NCBI GenBank assembly: GCA_964358315.1
Contig: CAYHOF010000005.1
Location: forward strand, 19,354-83,353
From: an uncultured Methanosarcinales archaeon
Lineage (GTDB): Archaea > Nanobdellota > Nanobdellia > Woesearchaeales > ARS49
Length of the DNA stretch: 64,000 nucleotides
Direction: 5' to 3'
Below the pieces are notes generated by a model. It ran no database searches. It was given only the letters and a program-made list of their open reading frames with translations, and was not told the origin of the DNA. Positions 47,302 to 57,409 of this stretch are shown piece after piece. Each line of letters starts with the position of its first letter. The first letter of the stretch is position 1. A program made the position numbers and the translations under genes.

Positions 47302-48233
47302 GCCGCCCTCCCGAGCGTCGCGAGCGCGCGTTCACGGAGCGTTTGACGTTCGGCGACGACAGGCCAGTTGTCGATGACAGGGCCGACGAACCCTTCGACG
47401 ATCATGGCGCGCGCTTCGTCCTTGCCGATGCCTCGCGCCTGCAGGTAGAACACGTGCTGTTCGTCGATGGGCTGCACTGTCGCGCTGTGGCTTGCTTTGA
47501 CGTCGTTGGCCTCGATCTCGAGGCCCGGGATGGCTTTCGCCCGCGCGTCGGGCGAGAGCAGCAGCCATTTCTCTGCGAGGAACGTCTTCGTGTCCTGGCT
47601 GCCAGGCAGCACGCGCAGCATGCCTGTCGCTGTCGCGCTGCCGCCGCTAATCACGCCGCATTGAAGGACGTCGCCTTTCGTGTGCCGCGCTGCATGGACG
47701 ACGACGTTGTCGAGCGCGAGATCACGGCCGCCGACCACGAATTCTTTGTCGTCAAGGGATGCGCCAGGCCCGAGAAGCGTGCTTTGGCGCGTGTACGTGC
47801 CCGCGGCACCAAGATGTCCGACGACGAGTGTGAGTTTTGCGTCGTGGTCGATCATGAATTCCTGGCGGATGGTGGCGTCCGTGGTGTTGAGCGCGCTCAA
47901 GGTCGCATGCACGCCGTGCTTGATGAGGACGATGTCGAGCTCGAGCGTGGTGCCTGGCAGCGGCGTGATGTCCAGATGGCCGTCCTTGTCGAGGACGATG
48001 AAGCGGATGATGCGCTCGCCGAGCGTGCGCTGGTGCTGGTCAATGACGACCGCGTCTGCAGTGGCGATGGCGAGCAGCGTGTGCGGGTGCGCGGTGGGGC
48101 TGACCAGGCGCTCAAGCAGCGGCAGAAGTTCTTGCGGGATGTTGAGCGGTGCGTTATTGATAGCAACGGTGCCCAGCGTCCTCTGCGCCAATGCATGCGC
48201 CTCTTCCCGTACTGATGCGAACGTGCTGTGCAT
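47298..48233 (-). CDS. sufD: Fe-S cluster assembly protein SufD
   Basis: SufB/SufD-family C-terminal beta-helix region. It has operon position between sufB and sufS with 4-nt overlaps. Confidence 0.8.
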   Translation of the reverse strand: MHSTFASVREEAHALAQRTLGTVAINNAPLNIPQELLPLLERLVSPTAHPHTLLAIATADAVVIDQHQRTLGERIIRFIVLDKDGHLDITPLPGTTLELDIVLIKHGVHATLSALNTTDATIRQEFMIDHDAKLTLVVGHLGAAGTYTRQSTLLGPGASLDDKEFVVGGRDLALDNVVVHAARHTKGDVLQCGVISGGSATATGMLRVLPGSQDTKTFLAEKWLLLSPDARAKAIPGLEIEANDVKASHSATVQPIDEQHVFYLQARGIGKDEARAMIVEGFVGPVIDNWPVVAERQTLRERALATLGRAA

Positions 48234-48237
48234 AGTG

Positions 48238-50805
48238 TCACCCGATGCTTCCTTCCATCTCGAGCTCGATGAGCTTGTTGAGCTCGATGCTGTACTCGAG
48301 GGGGAGCGCTTTGGTGAATTCCGCGATGAAGCCGAGCACGATGAGCGCCATGGCCTGCTCTTCGCTGAGCCCGCGTTGCATGAGGTAGAACAGTTGTTCC
48401 TGCCCGACCTTGCCGACCGTGGCTTCGTGCGCGATGGTGGCGTCGTCCTCCTCGATCCGCATCGTAGGATAGGTGTCTGAGCGGCTCGTGTCGTCGAGCA
48501 AGAGCGCGTCGCACTGGACGGTGGACTTGACGTTGCGCGCGCCTTTGCCGATGCGCAAGAGGCCGCGGTAGCTCGTGCGGCCGCCGTCTTTCGAGACGCT
48601 CTTGGAAACGATACGGCTCGTCGTGTCAGGTGCGAGATGGATGACTTTGGCGCCCGCGTCCTGGTGTTGATTCTTGCCTGCGAATGCTATGCTGAGGATG
48701 TCTGCTTTGGAATTCCTTCCTTTGAGGATGACGCTCGGGTACTTCATCGTGATCTTGCTGCCCAGGTTCCCGTCGATCCACTCGACCGTGGCGTTTTCGT
48801 GCGCGATCGCGCGTTTGGTGACGAGGTTGTACACGTCGCCCGACCAATTCTGGATCGTTGTATACCGCACCTTTGCGTCCTTGAGTGCGATGACTTCGAC
48901 GACCGCTGCGTGTAAAGAATCTGTTGAGTAGACCGGGGCAGTACAGCCCTCGATGTAATGCACGTCCGCGCCTTCGTCGACGATGATGAGCGTTCGTTCG
49001 AACTGTCCCATGTTCTTGGCGTTGATGCGGAAGTACGCCTGCAATGGCACGCCGACCTTCACGCCCGGGGGCACGTACACGAAGCTGCCGCCGCTCCACA
49101 CTGCGCTGTTGAGCGCCGCGAACTTGTTGTCGCCGGTCGGGATGATCGTGCCGAGATATTTCTTGACGATCTCAGGATGTTCCTTGAGCGCAGTGTCCAT
49201 GTCGGTGAATATCACGCCGAGTTTCGAGAGGTCCTCGCGCAGGCTGTGATAGACCGATTCGCTATTATGCACAAGAATTCCTTCCGAGATGAAATTATGA
49301 GGTCCATCAATTTCAATATCATATACTGGTTCGATGCCAGCACGCTGAATAGATTTGATCCTTGCGAAACCAAATTCTTCGGAAGTATGTTTCTTAAAAG
49401 TAGAATTCCCCACATGCGTCAAATTGTGATGCCACTTTCGCTTATTCATCCTATCCACACGAGCAGGCGATCTGCATTTTACCTGATCAAAATTTCCACT
49501 GAGTTGCATTCTATACGCAATGACTTCTCGCGTGTGACCCTTGTAGGTGTACGGTTGCTTGAATTCATTAATATTTGAAGTTCCTATTCCTTGGCATGCG
49601 CAAAGGTAACGCACGCTTTGAAGAAGCTTTTTATTCACACTCGTCATGGATATATCATGATTCTTCTTCGCATCGCGCACATGTCCATCCGCATCAATAT
49701 ATCCCCCGAGAAAAGCCAGGACCTCATTTGCCGGCAAATTGAAAACCCAAGTAGGTACGTGCTTAGTTCTTGCTCTTCCATAAAATCCAATCTTCTGAAT
49801 CCACCGCGCGATGGCCGTTGAACCAATTGTGACTCGCCATGCATCTCCAGTTTTTGCTGAATAATTAAATACTCTCTTAATGACTGCGCAAAGTTCACTC
49901 CTTAATGCCGTATCTTTCTCAGGTATCGCTATCTCAATCCGGCATTTTCTTTTACCCTTCTCGTTATGTATGAAACCATCACCAAGATAAAGTCCTAAAA
50001 ACCACAACAAGTCTTCTGATGTCGTTCGTGGGAGACTGTATGTCCTGTCTCGAGATGATGTTTCAATGGATGGAAGATGTTGCGAAGACCCATCAGATGG
50101 GACTTTCTTCATGACTGCAATAAGGTCGCCCTTGGATAGTTCACTAAGGTATTTCCACTCACGTGAGTACCGTCCTCTCCGGCCTCCTTCCTTCTTGCGA
50201 TGAACAAGTGCGAGGAAGGGATGATTATGTGTTGCCTTAATGGTCTTTGTCCCGACCTTCAATTCATACACCTGTCGTTTGCCTTTGTATGCGACACGTT
50301 TTACTTTCGTCCTTACAAATCTATTTGAAACTTCGTCAAGAGAAAATACTACTGTGTCAGGCTCAATATCCTTTATTCGTACAGGACCTTTTGGATTCGT
50401 GAATATCACCGAATCGCCACTGAGACATTCGAATTGCGCGCCGACGCCGCCGAGGAATTTGCGTTCCGCCTCGGGAATGCCAAGACGGTCGAAGGTCTTC
50501 TTGATGTGGTCCGGCACGTCGTCCCACGTGCGTGCGTTGTTGTCCGATGGCTTGAGATAGTACGTGATATTGTCGAAATCGATGTGCGAGAGGTCCGCGC
50601 CCCACGTCGGCATGGTCTTTGCGCGGAACGTCGCGAGCGCCTTGAGCCTGAAGTCCAACATCCACGCCGGTTCCCCTTTGCGTGCGCTCAACGACCGCAC
50701 GACGTCTTCGGTGAGGCCTTTGTCGGTGCGGTAGACCGCTGTCTCCTCGACGTGGAAGCCGTACTTTTCCTTGTAGTCCTCGTTGATCGCTTGCAGGTCT
50801 GTCAT
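48238..50805 (-). CDS. sufB: Fe-S cluster assembly protein SufB interrupted by an in-frame intein
   Basis: N-extein [11 protein letters not shown]...GAQFE. Intein CLSGDS...GILVHN. C-extein SESVYH...SufB C-terminal domain. The track's 54-aa N-terminal extension is judged spurious. Confidence 0.9.
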   Translation of the reverse strand: MTDLQAINEDYKEKYGFHVEETAVYRTDKGLTEDVVRSLSARKGEPAWMLDFRLKALATFRAKTMPTWGADLSHIDFDNITYYLKPSDNNARTWDDVPDHIKKTFDRLGIPEAERKFLGGVGAQFECLSGDSVIFTNPKGPVRIKDIEPDTVVFSLDEVSNRFVRTKVKRVAYKGKRQVYELKVGTKTIKATHNHPFLALVHRKKEGGRRGRYSREWKYLSELSKGDLIAVMKKVPSDGSSQHLPSIETSSRDRTYSLPRTTSEDLLWFLGLYLGDGFIHNEKGKRKCRIEIAIPEKDTALRSELCAVIKRVFNYSAKTGDAWRVTIGSTAIARWIQKIGFYGRARTKHVPTWVFNLPANEVLAFLGGYIDADGHVRDAKKNHDISMTSVNKKLLQSVRYLCACQGIGTSNINEFKQPYTYKGHTREVIAYRMQLSGNFDQVKCRSPARVDRMNKRKWHHNLTHVGNSTFKKHTSEEFGFARIKSIQRAGIEPVYDIEIDGPHNFISEGILVHNSESVYHSLREDLSKLGVIFTDMDTALKEHPEIVKKYLGTIIPTGDNKFAALNSAVWSGGSFVYVPPGVKVGVPLQAYFRINAKNMGQFERTLIIVDEGADVHYIEGCTAPVYSTDSLHAAVVEVIALKDAKVRYTTIQNWSGDVYNLVTKRAIAHENATVEWIDGNLGSKITMKYPSVILKGRNSKADILSIAFAGKNQHQDAGAKVIHLAPDTTSRIVSKSVSKDGGRTSYRGLLRIGKGARNVKSTVQCDALLLDDTSRSDTYPTMRIEEDDATIAHEATVGKVGQEQLFYLMQRGLSEEQAMALIVLGFIAEFTKALPLEYSIELNKLIELEMEGSIG
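49264..50427 (-). mobile_element. intein (388 aa) with LAGLIDADG homing-endonuclease domain inside sufB
   Basis: Block [13 protein letters not shown] motifs [14 protein letters not shown] and [14 protein letters not shown]. Block G ILVHN followed by Ser. AT-rich composition against a GC-rich host gene. Confidence 0.85.
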
Positions 50806-51551
50806 GCGAGTTTGATGGCGGGCTTGAGCCAACCGTAGCCTTTTGCTTCGAGCTGGTGCACGAGCGTCGCGTCGCCGCTGTGCGCGATGCGGCCGTCCAT
50901 GAGCACGTGGACGGTGTCGGGCTTGATGAGGGAGAGGATGCGTTGGTAGTGTGTCACGATGAGGCAACCGAAGCCCGGACCCCGGACCCCGTTGACCGCC
51001 GCGCTCACGACCTTCAATGAGTCGATGTCGAGGCCGGAGTCGGTCTCGTCGAGGAACGCGAAGACGGGCTTGAGCAGGAGCATCTGGAGGATCTCGGCGC
51101 GTTTCTTCTCGCCGCCGGAGAAGCCGACGTTGAGCGCGCGGTCGATGAATGACCTGTCGAGGTTCAGTGTGTGCAGCGCTTCCGTCAATGCTTTGTTGAA
51201 CGCGGCAGGCGATGCGTCCTTGCCGAAGCGTGCTTTGTACGCGTGCAGCAGGAACGTGCCGAAATTCACGCCTTGGATCTCGTTGGGGTACTGGAACGCG
51301 AGGAAGAGGCCCATGCGTGCGCGCTCGTCTGGCGCGAGCGCGAGTATGTCCTGTCCGTCGAGCAGTATCGTCCCGCGCGTGACCTCGTAGTCAGGGTGGC
51401 CTGCGATGACGTTGCTGAGCGTGCTCTTGCCTGCGCCGTTCGGTCCCATGAGCGCGACGATCTCGCCTTGCGTGAGCGTGAGCGACACGCCGCACAGGAC
51501 TTGCGTTCCTTTGACGCTCACGTGCAGGTCCTTGATCTCGATGGTCGACAT
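50802..51551 (-). CDS. sufC: Fe-S cluster assembly ATPase SufC
   Basis: [13 protein letters not shown] signature [12 protein letters not shown]-like region ([12 protein letters not shown]). Walker [13 protein letters not shown]. Confidence 0.9.
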   Translation of the reverse strand: MSTIEIKDLHVSVKGTQVLCGVSLTLTQGEIVALMGPNGAGKSTLSNVIAGHPDYEVTRGTILLDGQDILALAPDERARMGLFLAFQYPNEIQGVNFGTFLLHAYKARFGKDASPAAFNKALTEALHTLNLDRSFIDRALNVGFSGGEKKRAEILQMLLLKPVFAFLDETDSGLDIDSLKVVSAAVNGVRGPGFGCLIVTHYQRILSLIKPDTVHVLMDGRIAHSGDATLVHQLEAKGYGWLKPAIKLA

Positions 51552-51739
51552 CACTTGCCTCCCTTGCGTGGCGCTTTCTTCTTGCGCTTGCGTGCGTGGG
51601 CGTCGCAACAATCATGCGCTGGCGCCTGGGGCACCGCGCATGCTTCGCAGCCGCAACCGATCTCCTTGACCGTGCGCGGCGGCACGCCTTGCTCGTATTC
51701 TTCGAGTATCTTCATGGCTTCTTCGAATCCCATGGTCAT
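51551..51739 (-). CDS. small Cys-rich protein upstream of sufC
   Basis: CGCEAC...CCDAH with a basic tail. 4-nt overlap with the regulator gene. Confidence 0.3.
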   Translation of the reverse strand: MTMGFEEAMKILEEYEQGVPPRTVKEIGCGCEACAVPQAPAHDCCDAHARKRKKKAPRKGGK

Positions 51740-52113
51740 TTCCTCTCGAAGCAGACCGCACAGCTCGTGCCCACGCTCTTGTCCATCTGCATGTGGATCT
51801 GGCACAGGAGTCCGGAGGTGGTCGCTTCCTGCATCAATTGCTGTAATTGCGTAAAACATGATTGCTGATCGAGGATGGTCTTCGCCGCCTCGGCCACGCG
51901 TTGCGTGAATTCCTTCGGGAATTCGACCTCGCTGCCGCGCTTGCCTGTTATGTACTGGCTCACTGCGGCGTCCGTGACGCCGAGCATGGCCGCGATGCGT
52001 TTCTGGTCATGGCCGTGCGTCTTGAGCGCTTTGGCGATTTCTTTGCGCAGCGTGGGAAGTAGATAGAACACTTCGACTTCCTGTGGTTGCAGCACTTTCA
52101 ATGTTCCCATCAA
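51736..52113 (-). CDS. HTH transcriptional regulator (putative suf operon regulator) with C-terminal Cys cluster
   Basis: HTH-like QKRIAAMLGVTDAAVSQYITGKR. C-terminal CQIH...CAVC. Confidence 0.5.
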   Translation of the reverse strand: MMGTLKVLQPQEVEVFYLLPTLRKEIAKALKTHGHDQKRIAAMLGVTDAAVSQYITGKRGSEVEFPKEFTQRVAEAAKTILDQQSCFTQLQQLMQEATTSGLLCQIHMQMDKSVGTSCAVCFERK

Positions 52114-52229
52114 ATCCCCGGTTAACTATGGTGAATTAACCATGGTTAACTTATAAATGTTACGCATCTTCCCGACGGAACCGAAACATATATGAAACGT
52201 GGGACCATGGTCGTTTCAGAGGTGTTTCA

Positions 52230-52619
52230 ATGGCAAAAAGAGATGAAGGCAAGGCATTACTGGATGGATTGTACGGCCAGCTCAAAGGCGTGATCAACGG
52301 CTCGTCGCAAGGTGTCTATTTGTACCTGGACGACCATCACCTGGTCTGCAACACGAAATTCGCGCGGATGTTGGGATACTCCTCGCCCGCAGCATGGAAG
52401 TCCATGGGGCGCACGGGCTTTCTCAACGCGTTCGTCGCACCATCGAGCCAACGGAAGGTGGTTGACGCGTTCTGGAAGGCGATGAAGAACAAGACGGCGT
52501 TCTGTGAGACTGTTGGTTGGAAGAAAAAGAGCGGCGCGACGGTCAGGCTCACGACAATCATGGTGCCGATCAGCTACAAGCACGAGATGTTCGCGCTGCA
52601 CTTCGTCAGCAAGGCCTAG
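52230..52619 (+). CDS. hypothetical protein
   Basis: ORF only. Confidence 0.45.
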   Translation: MAKRDEGKALLDGLYGQLKGVINGSSQGVYLYLDDHHLVCNTKFARMLGYSSPAAWKSMGRTGFLNAFVAPSSQRKVVDAFWKAMKNKTAFCETVGWKKKSGATVRLTTIMVPISYKHEMFALHFVSKA

Positions 52620-53128
52620 CGGCCGGCGAGCGCGCGCAGGATGCCGCACGCTCCTGTCTCGATGACGATATCGCTGTAGTGGTACCTGTCCGCGTAGAAT
52701 TCGGCATGGCTGCGCACGACGTCCGCCACGCAATGGCCATTGACCTGCGGCGCGTGCACGATGAAACGCAACGAGCGGGTGCTTTCGGGGAAGTCGTTGA
52801 GCATACGGTCCATCTGCGCGACGTAGATCATCATCGGGTCGAGCCCGTTGAACGCGCGGTTGTATGCTGTCACGAGCTGCCTGGGTCCCCGGAACATGCC
52901 TTTCCACCAACGCGTATCGCGTTCGTTTATGTCGTGGAAGACATAGACTTTCTGGTCGTGCACACCCATGGTCTCGTCCACGCTGACTTTCTTGTTGCAG
53001 TCCTTGGCGCAGATCGCGATGTCGTTGGCCAACGCCTTGAGCATCGTGTGATAGTCGACGACGAGAGGCGGGATGCCTGGCTCGACGATCCTGTTGATGA
53101 CGTGGACGTTCGCCATACATCGCGGCAC
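52616..53128 (-). CDS. hypothetical protein
   Basis: ORF only. The antisense ORFs at 52517..53143 and 52927..54027 are judged spurious. Confidence 0.4.
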   Translation of the reverse strand: MPRCMANVHVINRIVEPGIPPLVVDYHTMLKALANDIAICAKDCNKKVSVDETMGVHDQKVYVFHDINERDTRWWKGMFRGPRQLVTAYNRAFNGLDPMMIYVAQMDRMLNDFPESTRSLRFIVHAPQVNGHCVADVVRSHAEFYADRYHYSDIVIETGACGILRALAGR

Positions 53129-53156
53129 AACGGGACCGCATAAAAATCTTGCGCAC

Positions 53157-53456
53157 TCACTTCTTTTTGTGGTAGACGCGCAGCGCTTCCACCACGACGA
53201 ACGTGACGATGACGACCATCGTGATGTCCCAGAGCTGCGGCAGGGATGGCAGGAGCAGCACTGCAGTGATGCCGATCGCCAGGCCGATGAGGTATGGCTT
53301 GAAGCGTCCTTTCATCAAGTCGAAATACGCACGGTAGAGCAAGAGGTACAGGATGACGCCATTCAGCAGCGCGACGACGATGTCCTTGAGCACGAGCGCG
53401 CCAAGCACGGCAAAGAACACGAGCGAAACGAGGAAGACGATCAGCGACGCATACAT
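53157..53456 (-). CDS. small membrane protein
   Basis: Three hydrophobic helices and a C-terminal KKK. Confidence 0.4.
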   Translation of the reverse strand: MYASLIVFLVSLVFFAVLGALVLKDIVVALLNGVILYLLLYRAYFDLMKGRFKPYLIGLAIGITAVLLLPSLPQLWDITMVVIVTFVVVEALRVYHKKK

Positions 53457-53541
53457 GCATGGATTTGAGCAGAGAACGTATATAAACACTGCGACGTGGG
53501 ATGGACAATGCTTTAATACTCGAGAGTGGCGACGCGGCAAC

Positions 53542-54018
53542 ATGAACAATGCCATCCAGGAACTCCACTCGCTTCTTGCGTACAAAGAAGGGTATGCGCA
53601 GAAATTCGACATAGCGCCACCGCGGCCCTGTGCAGGACATGACTATCGTGCGTGGTTCAACGGCACCATCTGGGTCCCGTTCGGCGTCAAGTTCAATGCG
53701 CAGTACGCGCTCGACGACTTCAACAAGCACTTGTTCGAGCTCGAAGGCCACGACAAGGGCTGGGACAACATCCAGGGGCTGCGCTGGCAACATGCCAGAC
53801 GCGCGTACCTCGATTACAACCACGTCCTCATAGTCAAGCATGACGGCACGGACAGGAAGTACGCGTCGGGCATGTGGATCGTGGGCGAGCATGGCGAGGC
53901 CATGCGTCCAGAAGTCAATGATGTCGCGGCCGTGCTGCAGCAAGTCCTCTATCAGAAACGACACTTCCACAGGGTCGGCGACGTCGACATCAGCGAAGAG
54001 ATCATCCGGGCGGACTGA
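53542..54018 (+). CDS. hypothetical protein
   Basis: ORF only. Confidence 0.4.
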   Translation: MNNAIQELHSLLAYKEGYAQKFDIAPPRPCAGHDYRAWFNGTIWVPFGVKFNAQYALDDFNKHLFELEGHDKGWDNIQGLRWQHARRAYLDYNHVLIVKHDGTDRKYASGMWIVGEHGEAMRPEVNDVAAVLQQVLYQKRHFHRVGDVDISEEIIRAD

Positions 54019-54122
54019 CGATGACACTCAAGAAATTGTCGACGCTCAAGACGACCATCGCGCGCGCTTAGAAGCTGACACGAAGAATAGAGTATTAAAC
54101 AATCAACAATACCCACAAGGTC

Positions 54123-54593
54123 ATGAACCAACGTATCACGCAAGTGATCAGAATCATCCACGAAAAAATGCGGGGTAACCACATCATGTGGGTGTTGGTC
54201 GGAAGTACGAATCTTCAGTTGCAAGGAATGCACGTCGCGCCTCGAGACCTCGACATCGTCATTCAGCACAAGGATTTGGAGAAGGTACGTGAATTATTCT
54301 CGGAGTATTCTCCATCTGATGTCCAGGAGTTGAAAACACTGTCAGGTGAGCGGGCGTGGGACGTGCATACAACAATCAAGGGGATTGAATGCCAATTCTT
54401 TGGATGAAATGGAACTGACATTTATGTCAGCAAACTGCTGGCGAACAAGATAGTACTGATACGATTGGACGACATTGATATTCCATGCTTCACATTGGAA
54501 GCAGAGTCACAAGCATATACAGAAACACATCGTGAGCAGAAAGCCCAGTTGATTCAAGAATTCTTAAGGACACGTAAGAACGATGAGGCGTGA
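54123..54593 (+). pseudogene. nucleotidyltransferase-family gene interrupted by a single in-frame TGA (at 54405-54407)
   Basis: N-terminal part has LVGSTNLQLQG...DLDIVI (MNT core). The same frame continues after the TGA for 61 more codons to a TGA at 54591-54593. Confidence 0.5.
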
Positions 54594-54645
54594 TTTCCTA
54601 ACTTCCGTGTAAACGTTTAAATATCGCGCCGTGCGTGGTTACGTC

Positions 54646-56328
54646 ATGGATTTCCGTCAGAAGATCGCAACGCTGCTCAAGGATGCTGGTGTGCAGGGGG
54701 ATGTCGTGCTCGAGGTGCCGCCCCAGACCGACGTTGGCGATTTCGCGTTCCCGTGCTTCCCGCTCGCGAAGCAATTCAAGAAAGCGCCTGGCGCCATCGC
54801 CGCAGATCTTGTGGTAACGATCGGAACGGTGGACTTCCTTGAGAAGGTTGTCGCGACAGGTCCTTATCTCAATTTCTTTATCGACAAGACAAAACGTACA
54901 CGCGCAGTGCTGCACGATGTGTTCAAGCATAAAGACGGGTACGGTCACATTCCAGTTGGTGCAGGAAAGACTGTCGTCATCGATTATTCCAACCCGAACA
55001 TCGGCAAGCCGATGGGCATCCACCATCTGGGCAGCACCGTACTCGGGCACGTGCTCGACAACATCCACCGCGCGCTCGGCTTCAACGTGGTCGCCGTCAA
55101 CCACTTGGGTGATTGGGGCACGCAGTTCGGCGTGCTCATCGCCGCGTACAAGAAGTGGGGGGACGCGAAGAAATTGCAGGAAGACCCTGTCAATTACCTC
55201 CTGTCGATCTACGTGAAGTACTCTGCTGAGGAGGAGAAGGATCCCGCCCTGCACGAAGAGGCCAAGCAATGGTTCAAGAAGCTCGAGCAGGGCGACGAGG
55301 AGGCGACCATGCTCTGGAAGAGCTTCCGTAACTCGAACCTGGAATACTTCAAGCGCATGTACAAACGGTTCGGGATAGAGTTCGATTCGTACAATGGCGA
55401 GGCGTTCTACAGCGACAAGATGCAGCCCATCCTTGCCGCGCTCAAGGAGAAAGGCATCGCCGAGGAGGACCAGGGCGCGCTCATCGTGCGCATGGACAAG
55501 CCGGATGTCGCGCCGCTCATCGCGCTCAAGAGCGACGGTTCGTCGACGTACGCCATGCGTGACCTTGCCGCGCTCAAGTTCCGTTTCGACAATTACACGC
55601 CGCACAAGATCCTGTACGTGGTCGCGATGGACCAAGCGTTGCATTTCTACCAGCTCTTCGAGACGGCGCACAAGCTGGGCTATCCGCGCGACGCGCTTGT
55701 GCACGTCAGTTTCGGCCTGATGCGCTTCCCTGAGGGCAAGATGAGCACGCGCAAGGGCAAGATCGTCTTCCTCGAGGACGTGTTCGACCGCGCGGTCGAG
55801 GACGTGACGAAGATCATCCAGGAGAAGAACCCGCAGCTCGCGAACAAGACGCAGATCGCGGAACAAGTGGGCGTGGGTGCCATCGTTTTTGGTGCGCTGC
55901 TCAACGACCGTGTCAAGGATTTCGAGTTCGACTGGGACCGCATGCTGGACTTGCAGGGCGACACGGGCCCGTACGTGCAGTACACGCATGCCCGCGCGTG
56001 TTCGGTGCTGCGCAAGGCAAAGACGCCGCCCACGGACGTGATCGATGCTGGCACGCTGCAGCTCAAAGCAGAGTATGAGCTCGTGCGCATGCTGGAAGAA
56101 TTCCCGGACGTGCTTGCGAGCGTGCTCAACGACTACAAACCTCACATCCTCACGCAGTACCTGCTCAAAGTGAGCCACAAGTTCAACGAGTTCTATCATG
56201 AAAGCCCGATCATCGGTGCCGAGAACGCTGACATCGCGGCCGCGCGCTTGCTGCTCTGCGACTGCAGCAGGCACGTGCTGCACAACGGCCTCAAGCTGCT
56301 GGGACTTGCAGCGCCGCAAGAGATGTGA
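54646..56328 (+). CDS. argS: arginine--tRNA ligase
   Basis: HIGH-type motif PNIGKPMGIHHLGS. Class I ArgRS architecture. C-terminal anticodon-binding domain. Confidence 0.9.
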   Translation: MDFRQKIATLLKDAGVQGDVVLEVPPQTDVGDFAFPCFPLAKQFKKAPGAIAADLVVTIGTVDFLEKVVATGPYLNFFIDKTKRTRAVLHDVFKHKDGYGHIPVGAGKTVVIDYSNPNIGKPMGIHHLGSTVLGHVLDNIHRALGFNVVAVNHLGDWGTQFGVLIAAYKKWGDAKKLQEDPVNYLLSIYVKYSAEEEKDPALHEEAKQWFKKLEQGDEEATMLWKSFRNSNLEYFKRMYKRFGIEFDSYNGEAFYSDKMQPILAALKEKGIAEEDQGALIVRMDKPDVAPLIALKSDGSSTYAMRDLAALKFRFDNYTPHKILYVVAMDQALHFYQLFETAHKLGYPRDALVHVSFGLMRFPEGKMSTRKGKIVFLEDVFDRAVEDVTKIIQEKNPQLANKTQIAEQVGVGAIVFGALLNDRVKDFEFDWDRMLDLQGDTGPYVQYTHARACSVLRKAKTPPTDVIDAGTLQLKAEYELVRMLEEFPDVLASVLNDYKPHILTQYLLKVSHKFNEFYHESPIIGAENADIAAARLLLCDCSRHVLHNGLKLLGLAAPQEM

Positions 56329-56483
56329 CGCGGCATCATAACTTCTTTAGAATACATATTACGTAACATATTACTCAATATATACCTTATAATGAGTAGA
56401 TGAAGACGTATCCTTGTGCTCCTGACCGCAAACTAATTAAACCAGACCGTCTATAATCACATCTTCGTGCAGTAGGCAACACT

Positions 56484-56675
56484 ATGGGCAGAATCAAGAC
56501 AAAAATGATCAAGCGGCTCACGTATCAGCTGCTGGCACAACACAAGGATCACTTGAAGATGACGTTCGACGAGAACAAGGCCGCGATCAGCGGCGACCTC
56601 TCGGGCGCTTCGAAGAAGATCCGCAATGTCGTGGCAGGCTACGTGACGCGCAAGATGCGAAGAACCGAGAACTGA
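56484..56675 (+). CDS. rps17e: ribosomal protein S17e
   Basis: MGRIKTKMIKRLTYQLL N-terminus is typical of S17e. Confidence 0.8.
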   Translation: MGRIKTKMIKRLTYQLLAQHKDHLKMTFDENKAAISGDLSGASKKIRNVVAGYVTRKMRRTEN

Positions 56676-56744
56676 GCAGTCTAACGACGATTCAGTATCG
56701 GCAGTCGTTCACTACACGGGAGGTCGCTCCCGACCGCAACGCGG

Positions 56745-57044
56745 ATGCCAGCCTACAGCGTCGTCTTCATAGGCGCGAAGCCTTTCATGAATTACGTCAC
56801 AGGCGTCGTCATGCAGTTTTCTCAAGAGAACGCTTCTGAAGTCACGATCAAGGCCCGTGGCAAGTTCATCTCGCGCGCGGTCGACGTCGCCGAAGTCGCC
56901 ACGAAACGCTTCTTGGACGACCAAGTACACGTGCACGACATCACGATAGCGTCCGAAGCGTTCACCACGCCCGAGAACAAGAACGTCCGCGTCAGCACCA
57001 TAACGATCGTGCTGCGCAAGAAAGAACAGCAGGCGACTCGTTGA
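56745..57044 (+). CDS. albA: DNA/RNA-binding protein Alba
   Basis: VVFIGAKPFMNYVTGVVMQF...VTIKARGKFISRAVDVAEV...RVSTITIVLRKK matches Alba throughout. Confidence 0.85.
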   Translation: MPAYSVVFIGAKPFMNYVTGVVMQFSQENASEVTIKARGKFISRAVDVAEVATKRFLDDQVHVHDITIASEAFTTPENKNVRVSTITIVLRKKEQQATR

Positions 57045-57409
57045 ATTCTACCATGAACAGCGACAATCTCGAACGACGCGTGCGCAAACGACCGACTGTC
57101 GTCTTCGACCGCGCCAAGGAAGAGTTGTTGGAACAACAAGTCGACGCCCTTCGTGGAAAACTATATGCGGCCATAGCAGCGCGCTATCACGGCCCGCACA
57201 ATGAGGGTTGCACGTGGCCCGAATTACAGAAAGGTATCCGTGATGGCATTGGGGGCGACGTCATGCTCGAAATACAACAACTCGTCAAGGAGAATCCAGG
57301 CGCCGACATGCCGATGAGCAAGTACTTCCACCACAGCGTACGGAAGTTCATCATGGAATACAGAGCGCCAGAACAACAGTCGCAACAACCACCAAACACT
57401 ACGCTCTGA
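57041..57409 (+). CDS. hypothetical protein
   Basis: ORF that overlaps the alba stop (ATGA). Confidence 0.4.
   Translation: MNSTMNSDNLERRVRKRPTVVFDRAKEELLEQQVDALRGKLYAAIAARYHGPHNEGCTWPELQKGIRDGIGGDVMLEIQQLVKENPGADMPMSKYFHHSVRKFIMEYRAPEQQSQQPPNTTL

Noticed and set aside
51551-51859. Full 102-aa track ORF upstream of sufC
   Set aside because: Its N-terminal part overlaps the HTH regulator gene in another frame. Only the C-terminal Cys-rich 62 codons (51551..51739) are kept, and those with low confidence.
54598-56319. 573-aa minus-strand ORF covering argS
   Set aside because: The translation is Arg/Leu/Val-rich with no motifs. The plus strand encodes a full arginyl-tRNA synthetase with HIGH-type motif.
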